21,799 nucleotides of DNA from a virus, in UHGV virus genome UHGV-1662791. One strand, 5' to 3'. Below the pieces are notes generated by a model that saw nothing but the letters and a program-made list of their open reading frames with translations, had not been told where the DNA came from and did no database searches. Shown here piece by piece: positions 7,024-16,417 of this stretch (positions are counted from its first letter, which is position 1; each line of letters opens with the position of its first letter). A program made the position numbers and the translations under genes.

Positions 7024-8264
7024 TGTTCTTTTCGGGATTATTTCAACGAAAAAGTGACGCACCGGTGACCACGCCAGCAGAGCTGGCGGATGCTATCGGG
7101 CTGTCATATGACACCTATACCGGAAAGCAGATCAGCAGCCAGCGGGCCATGCGACTGACGGCGGTTTTTTCCTGCGTCAGGGTGCTGGCGGAGTCGGTCG
7201 GGATGTTGCCCTGCAACCTGTATCACCTGAACGGCAGCCTGAAACAGAGAGCCACCGGCGAACGTCTGCATAAACTGATCTCCACGCATCCCAATGGCTA
7301 TATGACGCCGCAGGAGTTCTGGGAGCTGGTGGTCACCTGTCTGTGCCTACGGGGAAACTTTTACGCCTACAAAGTGAAAGCATTTGGCGAAGTGGCTGAA
7401 CTGCTGCCCGTCGATCCCGGCTGTGTGGTACCGAAGCTTAACAGTAGCTGGGAGCCGATCTATCAGGTCACATTCCCGGATGGCTCCACGGATGTACTGA
7501 GCCAGGAGGATATCTGGCATGTGCGCACGCTGACGCTGGACGGACTGGTGGGGCTGAATCCCATCGCCTATGCCCGCGAGGCAATATCGCTGGCAGCTGC
7601 GACCGAAGAGCACGGGGCCAGACTGTTCAGCAATGGCGCGGTGACGTCGGGTGTGTTGCGTACAGAGCAGACGCTGTCAGATCAGGCTTATGAGCGCCTG
7701 AAGAAAGATTTTGAGGAGCGTCACACCGGGCTTGGCAATGCTCACCGCCCGATGATCCTTGAGATGGGGCTGGACTGGAAGTCGATGGCGCTGAACGCCG
7801 AGGACAGCCAGTTCCTGGAAACCCGCAAGTTTCAGCTTGAAGAAATCTGTCGTCTGTTCCGGGTGCCGTTGCACATGGTGCAGAACACCGATCGCGCCAC
7901 CTTCAACAATATCGAAGAGCTGGGGCTGGGATTTATCAACTATTCACTGGTGCCGTATCTGACCCGCATCGAACAGCGGATCAACACCGGACTGGTACGA
8001 AAAAGTAAGCAGGGCGTTTATTACGCCAAATTTAACGCCGGGGCGTTACTGCGCGGGGATATGAAGTCCCGTTTTGAAGCCTACGCCACCGGGATCAACT
8101 GGGGAATTTACTCTCCCAATGACTGCCGCGACCTGGAAGATATGAATCCACGACCCGGTGGTGATGTCTATCTCACACCGATGAACATGACCACGAAACC
8201 CTCCGATGGCAGTAAAGCCGGTAAGCAGAAGGATAACGCCAATGCAGACGAAACAACGTCTTGA
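7023..8264 (+). CDS. Portal protein (HK97 family)
   Basis: 413 aa; GTG start at 7023 with GGAGGT RBS (7012-7017); size, position after terminase and before protease/capsid, and sequence character consistent with HK97-family portals. Confidence 0.9.
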   Translation: MFFSGLFQRKSDAPVTTPAELADAIGLSYDTYTGKQISSQRAMRLTAVFSCVRVLAESVGMLPCNLYHLNGSLKQRATGERLHKLISTHPNGYMTPQEFWELVVTCLCLRGNFYAYKVKAFGEVAELLPVDPGCVVPKLNSSWEPIYQVTFPDGSTDVLSQEDIWHVRTLTLDGLVGLNPIAYAREAISLAAATEEHGARLFSNGAVTSGVLRTEQTLSDQAYERLKKDFEERHTGLGNAHRPMILEMGLDWKSMALNAEDSQFLETRKFQLEEICRLFRVPLHMVQNTDRATFNNIEELGLGFINYSLVPYLTRIEQRINTGLVRKSKQGVYYAKFNAGALLRGDMKSRFEAYATGINWGIYSPNDCRDLEDMNPRPGGDVYLTPMNMTTKPSDGSKAGKQKDNANADETTS

Positions 8265-8892
8265 TGTACCGCTGAGTCTGAAATCTGTCAGTGACTCCGG
8301 TGAGTTTGAAGGGTATGGCTCCGTCTTTGGTGTAAAGGACAGCCACGATGATGTGGTGATGTCCGGGGCATTTGCTGCTTCCCTGCGGGCGTGGAGTGAC
8401 AGAAAAGCGTTACCTGCGCTGCTCTGGCAGCACCGCATGGATGAACCCATCGGTGTTTACACCGAAATGAAGGAAGACGATGTCGGGCTTTACGTCAGGG
8501 GACGGTTGCTTATTGATGATGATCCCCTCGCAAAACGCGCACATGCACACATGAAGGCCGGTTCGTTAACCGGCCTTTCTATTGGGTACGTCCTGAAAGA
8601 CTGGGAATACGACCGGAGCAAAGAAGCCTTTCTGCTGAAAGAAATCGACCTCTGGGAAGTCAGCCTGGTGACGTTCCCGTCTAACGACGAGGCGCGGATC
8701 AGCGACGTCAAGAACGCACTGGCCCGCGGGGAAATCCCCGAACAGAAAAAAATCGAAAGAGTCCTGCGTGATGTCGGACTCTCCCGTACCCAGGCCAAAG
8801 CATTCATGGCCGGGGGCTATGGCGCACTGTCCCTGCGCGACGCTGAGGATGTGGGCTCTGCACTGAATGCACTGAAAAATCTGAACTTCTAA
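8242..8892 (+). CDS. Prohead maturation protease (HK97 family)
   Basis: GEFEGYGSVFGVKDSHDDVV motif near the N-terminus and position between portal and capsid. Start ambiguous: ATG 8242 (chosen, 23-nt overlap with portal) or ATG 8206 (ORF track). Confidence 0.85.
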   Translation: MQTKQRLDVPLSLKSVSDSGEFEGYGSVFGVKDSHDDVVMSGAFAASLRAWSDRKALPALLWQHRMDEPIGVYTEMKEDDVGLYVRGRLLIDDDPLAKRAHAHMKAGSLTGLSIGYVLKDWEYDRSKEAFLLKEIDLWEVSLVTFPSNDEARISDVKNALARGEIPEQKKIERVLRDVGLSRTQAKAFMAGGYGALSLRDAEDVGSALNALKNLNF

Positions 8893-8906
8893 TCAGGAGA
8901 AATACG

Positions 8907-10112
8907 ATGGCGGTTGATATTAAAGATGTCGAACAGGTCGCGCAGGAGCTGCAGCAGAAGTTTGACGACTTCAAAGCAAAGAACGACAAGCGCGTGGATG
9001 CGATTGAGCAGGAAAAAGGCAAGCTTGCCGGGCAGGTGGAAACCCTGAACGGGAAACTCAGCGAGCTGGAAAATCTCAAAAGCGACCTTGAAAAAGAGCT
9101 GCTTGAGCTGAAACGTCCGGCAGGTGGAGCGCAAAATAAACTGGCCACCGAGCATAAAGAGGCGTTTGTGGGCTTCCTGCGTAAAGGCCGTGAAGACGGT
9201 CTGCGCGATCTGGAGCGTAAGGCATTGCAGGTGGGTACCGATGAAGACGGTGGCTACGCCGTGCCGGAAGCACTGGATCGCAACATTCTTAACCTGCTGA
9301 AAGATGAAGTGGTGATGCGTCAGGAAGCCACGGTGATCACCGTTGGCGGTTCCGACTACAAAAAACTGGTGAATCTGGGCGGTACGGCTTCCGGATGGGT
9401 GGGGGAAACGGATACGCGATCCCAGACTGCCACCTCCAGACTGGAGCTGATTGAACCTCTCATGGGGGAAATTTACGGCAACCCGCAGGCTACCCAGAAA
9501 ATGCTGGACGATGCCTTCTTCAACGTGGAGGCCTGGATCAACAGCGAGCTGGCAACCGAATTTGCCGAACAGGAAGAAATTGCCTTTACCTCAGGCGATG
9601 GCACCAAGAAGCCGAAAGGGTTCCTGGCGTATGAATCCACTGATGAAACCGACAAGGTCCGGGCGTTCGGCAAACTTCAGCATATTGTATCTGGCGAAGC
9701 GACGGCGGTGACCGCAGACGCCATTATCAAACTGATTTACACGCTGCGTAAGGCACACCGCACTGGCGCGAAGTTCATGATGAACAACAACAGCCTGTTT
9801 GCCATCCGTCTGCTTAAAGACAGCGAGGGTAACTATCTGTGGCGTCCGGGGCTGGAACTGGGGCAGCCGTCCTCTCTGGCGGGTTACGGTATCGCTGAAA
9901 ACGAACAGATGCCGGATATCGCCGCTGATGCGAAAGCCATTGCATTTGGTAACTTCAAACGGGGTTACACCATCGTTGACCGTATCGGCACCCGCATTCT
10001 GCGTGACCCGTACACCAATAAACCGTTTGTCGGTTTTTATACCACCAAGCGCACCGGCGGGATGCTGGTCGATTCGCAGGCCATCAAACTGCTGAAGATT
10101 GCAGCGGCGTAA
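8907..10112 (+). CDS. Major capsid protein (HK97 fold), with N-terminal coiled-coil delta-domain-like region
   Basis: 401 aa; AGGAGA RBS; N-terminal about 100 aa highly charged and coiled-coil-like (scaffold-like delta domain), then capsid body; follows the protease. Confidence 0.92.
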   Translation: MAVDIKDVEQVAQELQQKFDDFKAKNDKRVDAIEQEKGKLAGQVETLNGKLSELENLKSDLEKELLELKRPAGGAQNKLATEHKEAFVGFLRKGREDGLRDLERKALQVGTDEDGGYAVPEALDRNILNLLKDEVVMRQEATVITVGGSDYKKLVNLGGTASGWVGETDTRSQTATSRLELIEPLMGEIYGNPQATQKMLDDAFFNVEAWINSELATEFAEQEEIAFTSGDGTKKPKGFLAYESTDETDKVRAFGKLQHIVSGEATAVTADAIIKLIYTLRKAHRTGAKFMMNNNSLFAIRLLKDSEGNYLWRPGLELGQPSSLAGYGIAENEQMPDIAADAKAIAFGNFKRGYTIVDRIGTRILRDPYTNKPFVGFYTTKRTGGMLVDSQAIKLLKIAAA

Positions 10113-10118
10113 TCACTC

Positions 10119-10141
10119 AGGGGCGCGGAACCGTGCCCCCT
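10119..10141 (+). other. GC-rich stem-loop immediately after the capsid stop codon (weak terminator or mRNA-stabilising hairpin)
   Basis: AGGGGCGCGG / CCGTGCCCCT arms (10119-10128 and 10131-10140) pair with one G-U; no clean U-tract follows. Confidence 0.3.
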
Positions 10142-10161
10142 GTTCTGACGGGTGAAGAATC

Positions 10162-10362
10162 ATGATCCTGAAACAAGATCTGAAATGGTCACCGGACGGT
10201 ATGCGTGTTGAGGTCATTCGGGCCGGTGAGTATGACGACGGGGCGCTTCCTGCCCGGGTGCAGGAGATTGCACTTCAGGCCGGGTTAGCAGAGCGCGGAA
10301 CCAGTGCAAAAAGCAGTAAAGCGGCAAAAGAGAAAAAAGCCACGACCAGTAAAGAGGGCTGA
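10162..10362 (+). CDS. Hypothetical small protein with Lys/Ala/Ser-rich C-terminal tail
   Basis: 66 aa ORF between capsid and connector genes; C-terminus SAKSSKAAKEKKATTSKEG. No family recognised. Confidence 0.4.
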   Translation: MILKQDLKWSPDGMRVEVIRAGEYDDGALPARVQEIALQAGLAERGTSAKSSKAAKEKKATTSKEG

Positions 10363-10364
10363 GT

Positions 10365-10688
10365 ATGCTTCTGACAATGGAAGAGATTAAAGCCCAACTC
10401 CGGCTGGATGAGGATTTCGATGCTGATGACCGCCATCTGCAACTGCTGGCCTGTGCGGCGCAAAAGCGGACGGAAACGTATCTGAACCGGAAGCTCTATG
10501 TACCGGATGAAACCATTCCGGACAGCGATCCGGACGGGCTGCACCTGTCGGATGATATTCGTCTGGGGATGCTGATGCTTATCAGCCATTTTTACGAAAA
10601 CCGCTCTTCGGTTACGGAAGTGGAGAAACTCGACATGCCGCAGAGTTTTGTCTGGCTTGTCGGCCCGTACAGGTACTTTCCGCAATGA
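10365..10688 (+). CDS. Head-tail connector protein (gp6-like)
   Basis: 107 aa; N-terminus MLLTMEEIKAQLRLDEDFDADD resembles recalled gp6-like connector proteins; position after capsid. Confidence 0.65.
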   Translation: MLLTMEEIKAQLRLDEDFDADDRHLQLLACAAQKRTETYLNRKLYVPDETIPDSDPDGLHLSDDIRLGMLMLISHFYENRSSVTEVEKLDMPQSFVWLVGPYRYFPQ

Positions 10689-11095
10689 AAATTCGTCAGG
10701 CGCAGACCAGCGCAACCTACATTCTGCCGGACCCCGGCGAACTGAATAAACGCGTCCTGATCCGCCAGCGGGTGGATATGCCCGCGGATAACTTTGGCGT
10801 GGAGCCTCAATACCCGGTTGCGTTCCGGGCATGGGCGAAGGTTATCCAGACCAGTGCCACCACCTGGCAGGAAACCGCGCAGACCGGGGACGCCATCACC
10901 CATTACATCACCATTCGTTACCGCCGGGGGATCACTGCTGATTATGAGGTGGTCTGTGATGACAGTGTGTACCGGGTGAAACGTCAGCGTGATCTGAACG
11001 GGGCGCGGCGCTTTCTGCTGCTGGAGTGTACGGAGCTGGGCGAATGTAGGCAGAGTCACGGAGGCAGCAATGGCGACTCCCTTTTTTCACGTTGA
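10685..11095 (+). CDS. Head closure / head-tail adaptor protein
   Basis: 136 aa; position and size in the head-completion block; overlaps both neighbours. Assignment by synteny and general resemblance only. Confidence 0.55.
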   Translation: MKIRQAQTSATYILPDPGELNKRVLIRQRVDMPADNFGVEPQYPVAFRAWAKVIQTSATTWQETAQTGDAITHYITIRYRRGITADYEVVCDDSVYRVKRQRDLNGARRFLLLECTELGECRQSHGGSNGDSLFSR

Positions 11096-11576
11096 TGTTC
11101 AGCAGCCCGCCGAGATGCGCTTTAACCGCGCCCGTGTCCGGCGGGCGTTTGTCACGATTGGGCAGCGTCATATGCGTGATGCCCGTCGGCTGGTGATGCG
11201 CCGTGCGCGGTCGGCACCGGGTGAAAACCCCGGTTATCAGACCGGACGCCTGGCTCGTTCGATTGGTTATATGGTGCCGAGAGCCAGTAAAAAGCGAGCC
11301 GGTTTTATGACACGCATTGCTCCTAACCAGCGCAACGGGAAGGGGAACCGGATGATCTCTGGTGACTTCTATCCGGCGTTTCTGTTTTTTGGTGTCCGGG
11401 GAGGAGCAAAACGTCGTCGTAGTCATCATCGTGGTGCATCCGGTGGCAGCGGCTGGCGACTGGCTCCACGTAATAACTTCATGGTGGAAACGCTTGAAAA
11501 GAACCGCAGCTGGACACGCTATTTTCTGGCGCGGGAATTGCGTAAATCACTGAAGCCGGAGCGACGACACAGATGA
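11070..11576 (+). CDS. HK97 gp10-family neck / tail-attachment protein
   Basis: 168 aa basic protein in the head-completion block. Assignment by synteny; not verified. Confidence 0.5.
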   Translation: MATPFFHVDVQQPAEMRFNRARVRRAFVTIGQRHMRDARRLVMRRARSAPGENPGYQTGRLARSIGYMVPRASKKRAGFMTRIAPNQRNGKGNRMISGDFYPAFLFFGVRGGAKRRRSHHRGASGGSGWRLAPRNNFMVETLEKNRSWTRYFLARELRKSLKPERRHR

Positions 11577-12133
11577 AACTGAAGCCTGTTATTGCTGCGC
11601 TGCGTGCCCGCTGCCCGTATTTTGAAAACCGGGTGGCAGGCGCGGCACAGTTCAAAAATCTGCCGGAGGTCGGAAAGCTGAAACTCCCGGCGGCATATGT
11701 TGTACCGGGTGATGATTCTCCGGGAGAAAACAAAAGCCAGACCGACTACTGGCAGGAGCTGAAAGAGGGTTTCTCCGTGGTTGTCATACTGAGTAACGGG
11801 CGTGATGAGCGCGGTCAGTTTGCCTCGTATGATGTGGTGGATGATGTCCGGCAGATGCTCTTTAAGGCTCTGCTGGGCTGGAACCCGGAAGCGTGCGGTA
11901 ACCCGATTACCTATGACGGCGGCACGCTGCTGGATCTGAATCGTCATGAGCTGATTTATCAGTTCGATTTTTCGGTCATCAGCGAGCTGACTGAAGACGA
12001 TACCCGCCAGCAGGATGATCTGAACAGTCTGGATGAACTGCAAACGCTGGCGATTGATGTTGATTATCTCGAGCCCGGTAACGGGCCTGACGGCGATATC
12101 GAACATCACACCGAAATAACCCTTCCTTCCTGA
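11573..12133 (+). CDS. Tail completion / virion morphogenesis protein (Mu gp37-like position)
   Basis: 186 aa acidic protein immediately upstream of the sheath block. Assignment by synteny with Mu-like tail modules. Confidence 0.5.
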   Translation: MKLKPVIAALRARCPYFENRVAGAAQFKNLPEVGKLKLPAAYVVPGDDSPGENKSQTDYWQELKEGFSVVVILSNGRDERGQFASYDVVDDVRQMLFKALLGWNPEACGNPITYDGGTLLDLNRHELIYQFDFSVISELTEDDTRQQDDLNSLDELQTLAIDVDYLEPGNGPDGDIEHHTEITLPS

Positions 12134-12141
12134 GGATCCTC

Positions 12142-12312
12142 ATGTTTGTCAAACCTGTTAAAGGGCGGTCAGTTCCTGATCCTGCCCGCGGCGACCTTTT
12201 GCCCGCCGAAGGGCGAAATGTTGACGAGAACAACTACTGGCTGCGCCGTGAAGCAGCGGGTGATATCCGGCGCGTGAATAAAAAGGTGAATACCGATGAC
12301 GATAAGCTTTAA
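12142..12312 (+). CDS. Small protein preceding the tail sheath gene (DUF2635-like by recollection)
   Basis: Not in the ORF track. Hand translation MFVKPVKGRSVPDPARGDLLPAEGRNVDENNYWLRREAAGDIRRVNKKVNTDDDKL (56 aa); GAGGA RBS 5 nt upstream; its 3' end overlaps the sheath start by 17 nt. Confidence 0.4.
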   Translation: MFVKPVKGRSVPDPARGDLLPAEGRNVDENNYWLRREAAGDIRRVNKKVNTDDDKL

Positions 12313-13792
12313 CACCATTCCGTCGAATACGCTGGTTCCGTTGTTTTATGCGGAAATGGATAACCAGGCGGCGAATACTGCACAGGACAGCGGAGCATCG
12401 CTGCTGATTGGTCATGCCAATAACGGTGCAGAGATTGTTGCCAACAGTCTGGTACTGATGCCGTCGGCAGACTATGCACGCCAGATTTGTGGTGTGGGAA
12501 GTCAGCTGGCGCGTATGGTCGAGGCTTATCGCCAGACCGACCCGTTTGGTGAGCTGTATGTGATTGCCGTTCCTGAATCCACGGGCGCGGCGGCAACGGT
12601 TACGCTGACGGTGACCGGGGCGGCAACCGAAACCGGCACGGTGAATGTTTATGTGGGACGTACCCGCGTACAGGCACCGGTGACCAACGGCGATAACGTC
12701 GCGACGATTGCCAGCAGTATCCAGGATGCCATTAATGCCGTTCCGGCCCTGCCGTTTACGGCCTCATCTTCGGCAGGCGTGGTCACGCTGACCGCGCGTC
12801 ATAAGGGGCTTTGCGGGAATGAAATTCCTGTCAGCCTCAATTACTACGGCTTTGGTGGGGGCGAAGTGCTGCCAGCGGGCGTACAGATTGCCGTGGCGAC
12901 GGGGAGCGCCGGAACGGGCGCTCCGGTTCTCACCGGTGCGGTGGCTGCAATGGCGGATGAGCCGTTTGATTATATTGGTCTGCCGTTCAACGACACGGCC
13001 TCCGTTAACACGCTGGTGACCGAGATGAACGATACCAGCGGTCGCTGGAGCTATGCGCGTCAGCTGTATGGTCATGTGTATACGGCAAAGACCGGCACAC
13101 TGTCAGAACTGGTGAACGCAGGTGACCAGTTTAACCAGCAGCACATCACCCTGGCGGGGTACGAAAAAGAGACCCAGACGCCAGCCGACGAGCTGGCGGC
13201 AAGCCGTACCGCCCGCGCAGCTGTGTTTATTCGCAACGATCCGGCACGTCCCACGCAGACCGGTGAGCTGGTGGGTATGCTGCCTGCGCCGAAGGGGAAA
13301 CGGTTCACGATGACCGAACAACAGACCCTGCTGTCTCATGGCGTGGCAACGGCGTATGTCGAAAGCGGGGTACTACGCATTCAGCGTGATGTCACCACGT
13401 ACAGGAAAAACGCTTACGGGGTTGCGGATAACAGTTACCTCGACAGTGAGACGCTGCATACCAGCGCGTATGTACTGCGCAAACTGAAATCCGTCATTAC
13501 CAGTAAGTACGGGCGTCACAAGCTTGCCAGTGACGGTACCCGCTTTGGTCCCGGTCAGGCGATTGTCACCCCGGCGGTGATCAAAGGGGAACTGCTGACA
13601 ACCTACCGTCAGCTTGAGCGTGCGGGGATCGTGGAAAACTACGAACTGTTTAAGCAGTACCTGGTTGTGGAGCGTGATGCCAGCGATCCGAACCGCCTGA
13701 ACACGCTGTTCCCGCCTGACTATGTTAACCAGCTGCGTGTCTTTGCCGTGGTTAATCAGTTCCGTCTTCAGTATTCAGAGGAGTCTGCATAA
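12296..13792 (+). CDS. Tail sheath protein (Mu gpL-like)
   Basis: 498 aa, the size of Mu-type sheath proteins, and directly followed by a 118-aa tube protein. Confidence 0.9.
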   Translation: MTISFNTIPSNTLVPLFYAEMDNQAANTAQDSGASLLIGHANNGAEIVANSLVLMPSADYARQICGVGSQLARMVEAYRQTDPFGELYVIAVPESTGAAATVTLTVTGAATETGTVNVYVGRTRVQAPVTNGDNVATIASSIQDAINAVPALPFTASSSAGVVTLTARHKGLCGNEIPVSLNYYGFGGGEVLPAGVQIAVATGSAGTGAPVLTGAVAAMADEPFDYIGLPFNDTASVNTLVTEMNDTSGRWSYARQLYGHVYTAKTGTLSELVNAGDQFNQQHITLAGYEKETQTPADELAASRTARAAVFIRNDPARPTQTGELVGMLPAPKGKRFTMTEQQTLLSHGVATAYVESGVLRIQRDVTTYRKNAYGVADNSYLDSETLHTSAYVLRKLKSVITSKYGRHKLASDGTRFGPGQAIVTPAVIKGELLTTYRQLERAGIVENYELFKQYLVVERDASDPNRLNTLFPPDYVNQLRVFAVVNQFRLQYSEESA

Positions 13793-14148
13793 TGGCCCGT
13801 ATCGGGGGAACCTGTTATTTCAAAATTGACGGTCAGCAGCTATCGCTGACCGGCGGCATTGAGGTGCCCATGAACAAAACGGTTAACGATGACATCATCG
13901 GCCTGGACGGTTCAGTGGACCGCAAGGAAACTCACCGTGCGCCTTATGTCAAAGGGACCTTCAAGGTGCCGAAGAATTTTCCGGTGAGCAAAATCACCTC
14001 GTCTGATGAGATGACCATCACTGCCGAGCTGGCGAACGGTCAGGTCTATGTATTGTCGTCTGCCTGGCTGCACGGCGAAGCGAACCATAATGCCGAAGAA
14101 GGCACGGTTGATCTTGAGTTCCACGGTGAAGAAGGGGATTACCAGTAA
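13792..14148 (+). CDS. Tail tube protein (Mu gpM-like)
   Basis: 118 aa; start overlaps the sheath stop (TAATG) and its stop overlaps the chaperone start (TAATG). Confidence 0.85.
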   Translation: MARIGGTCYFKIDGQQLSLTGGIEVPMNKTVNDDIIGLDGSVDRKETHRAPYVKGTFKVPKNFPVSKITSSDEMTITAELANGQVYVLSSAWLHGEANHNAEEGTVDLEFHGEEGDYQ

Positions 14149-14417
14149 TGAAAGAGCTTGAGTTAAAGAAACCGATTACTGCTCATGGCGAGACACTCTC
14201 CGTACTGGAGTTTGATGAACCCACCGGGAAGGATGTCCGCGAGCTGGGGTATCCCTACCAGATGAATCAGGATGAGTCAGTCAGACTTCTGGCGCATGTG
14301 GTGTCGAAATACATTGTGCGGCTGGCGAAAGTGCCGCAAAGCTCTGTCGACCAGATGTCTCCGGCAGACCTGAATGCAGCGGCGTGGCTTGTGGCTGGTT
14401 TTTTCCTCCAGGCCTGA
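14148..14417 (+). CDS. Tail assembly chaperone, short (0-frame) form
   Basis: 89 aa ORF between tube and tape measure genes; contains a slippery heptamer near its 3' end (see next feature). Confidence 0.7.
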   Translation: MKELELKKPITAHGETLSVLEFDEPTGKDVRELGYPYQMNQDESVRLLAHVVSKYIVRLAKVPQSSVDQMSPADLNAAAWLVAGFFLQA

Positions 14418-14572
14418 CGGCTGAATACCTCACTGATCGCTTCTTTGACTGCGCCAGCTACTGGCGCATTAATCCTTTCGAATTGCTGAATATGCCGATC
14501 AGTGAAATTCCCTTGCTGGTCAGTCAGGCAAACAGGATAGAGCAGGAGAAACGCACACATGGCGGAATTTGA
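14148..14572 (+). CDS. Tail assembly chaperone, predicted -1 frameshift-extended form
   Basis: Slippery heptamer T_TTT_TTC at 14399-14405 in the 0 frame; the -1 frame (ORF track 14384..14572) stays open to 14572, overlapping the tape measure start at 14559. Predicted fusion about 141 aa. Confidence 0.45.
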
Positions 14573-16394
14573 GCTTAAGGCGTTGATCACCGGTGTCGAC
14601 AGGCTTTCTCCCGCGCTGTCGAAAATGCAAAAGAAAATCCGGGGATTTAAACGCCAGGCGGAAGAAGCGTCACAGGGTGGGCTGGCGCTTGGTGGCGGAC
14701 TGGCAGCGGGTCTGACGCTTTCCCTGAAATCTTATGCCGATCAGGAAAACGCCGCCACCGGGCTGAAAGTCGCCATGATGGATGCGAACGGCGAGGTCGG
14801 AAAGCGCTTTCAGGACATCAATAAACTGGCTATTGGCCTGGGTAACCAGCTACCCGGTACAACGGCTGATTTCCAGAACATGATGCAGATGCTGGTGCGT
14901 CAGGGGATCCCGGCAGAAAACATTCTTGGCGGTGTGGGTAAAGCGACAGCTTATCTTGCGGTACAACTGAAAAAAACACCGGAAGCGGCTGCTGAGTTTG
15001 CTGCAAAGATGCAGGATGCTACCGGAACGGCGTCAGAAGACATGATGGGGCTGTTCGACACTATCCAGAAGGCGTTTTATCTGGGTGTTGACGATACCAA
15101 CATGTTGTCCTTCTTCACTAAAACCAGCTCTGTTCTGAAGATGGTGAACAAGGACGGTCTTCAGGCTGCACAGAGCCTTGCCCCCATCAGCGTCATGATG
15201 GATCAGATGGGGATGAACGGGGAGTCGGCAGGTAACGCCCTGCGAAAAGTTATCCAGTCCGGATTAAGCGTTAAGAAAATCAGGGACGTCAATAAAATCA
15301 TGGCCCGCCAGAAACTCGGGGTACAGCTCGATTTTACTGACGGCAAAGGAAGTTTTGGCGGTCTTGATAACATGTTCAGGCAACTGGCAAAGCTGCGAAA
15401 ACTGACCGACGTTAAGCGAACAGGTGTACTTAAGGCAATATTTGGTGATGATGCCGAAACCCTTCAGGTGGTCAATGCACTAATCGATAAAGGAAAGGAT
15501 GGCTACGATCAGATCCAGCAGAAGATGAATAAACAGGCCAGCCTGAATAAACGTGTTCAGGCCCAGCTTGGTACGCTGTCCAACCTGTGGGAGGCAATGA
15601 CGGGGACCGCAACTAACGGCCTTGCGGCTATTGGCGGCGCATTTTCTGGTGACGCCAAAAATATCACGCAATGGTTGGGGGAGTTAGGGGAAAAATTCAC
15701 GAAGTTTGCGGATGAAAATCCCCGGGTTATTCGCGGCGTCGTCGGGCTTGCTGCCGGTCTTGCGATTCTGAAACTGGGATTGATGGGCGTTGGCGGTGCC
15801 ATCAGTATTGTCAGCAGGATCATGTCGATGACGCCGATTGGAATGATTGCGACGGCGATAGCCCTGGCTGCGGGATTAATTATCACTAACTGGGATGTTG
15901 TCGGACCTTATTTCAAGAAGCTCTGGGAAACCATTGGTCCTTATTTTGAGGCTGGCTGGGAACTTCTGAAGAAGGTTTTTGCCTGGTCGCCGCTGGGGAT
16001 GGTAATCAATAACTGGGGACCGGTTGTTAAGTGGTTTCAGGATATGTGGGACAAACTGAAGCCAATTATTGAGTGGTTTACCGACAGTTCCGGTGACACG
16101 GTCGATGCCATTAACTCTGCGCAGTGGGGCGCGGGTGCTTATGATGCTTATGGGACGGGAATACCGGCACGGGGATACACACCTTATCAGGCGGTAGATC
16201 CGGCTCAGTCAAACAACGCCTCCGGTGCCACAGGCCCGAATCCCTTCATGATTAACAAAGCTTCTGCGCCAAAAGTTGATGGTGAGATCAAGGTCTCTTT
16301 TGTGAATTCGCCTCCGGGTATGCGGGTTATGGAAACGCGATCCAGCGGTTTTGATGTCAGCCATGATGTTGGCTATACGCGCTTTGGCAGGTAA
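14559..16394 (+). CDS. Tail tape measure protein
   Basis: 611 aa; Ala/Gly-rich with a hydrophobic central segment and Trp-rich C-terminal part; position after the chaperone pair. Confidence 0.88.
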   Translation: MAEFELKALITGVDRLSPALSKMQKKIRGFKRQAEEASQGGLALGGGLAAGLTLSLKSYADQENAATGLKVAMMDANGEVGKRFQDINKLAIGLGNQLPGTTADFQNMMQMLVRQGIPAENILGGVGKATAYLAVQLKKTPEAAAEFAAKMQDATGTASEDMMGLFDTIQKAFYLGVDDTNMLSFFTKTSSVLKMVNKDGLQAAQSLAPISVMMDQMGMNGESAGNALRKVIQSGLSVKKIRDVNKIMARQKLGVQLDFTDGKGSFGGLDNMFRQLAKLRKLTDVKRTGVLKAIFGDDAETLQVVNALIDKGKDGYDQIQQKMNKQASLNKRVQAQLGTLSNLWEAMTGTATNGLAAIGGAFSGDAKNITQWLGELGEKFTKFADENPRVIRGVVGLAAGLAILKLGLMGVGGAISIVSRIMSMTPIGMIATAIALAAGLIITNWDVVGPYFKKLWETIGPYFEAGWELLKKVFAWSPLGMVINNWGPVVKWFQDMWDKLKPIIEWFTDSSGDTVDAINSAQWGAGAYDAYGTGIPARGYTPYQAVDPAQSNNASGATGPNPFMINKASAPKVDGEIKVSFVNSPPGMRVMETRSSGFDVSHDVGYTRFGR

Positions 16395-16417
16395 TGAAAA
16401 ATTAATCTGTTAATGAG

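Noticed and set aside
8804-9148. 114-aa Ser-rich minus-strand ORF antisense to the protease/capsid genes
   Set aside because: Low-complexity Ser/Phe-rich translation that mirrors the charged coiled-coil codons of the capsid N-terminus; spurious antisense frame.
15557-15886. 109-aa minus-strand ORF (and 15480..15671) inside the tape measure gene
   Set aside because: Antisense to a well-supported long coding region; low-complexity Pro/Ala/Ile-rich translation typical of the reverse strand of a GC-rich gene; no RBS seen.
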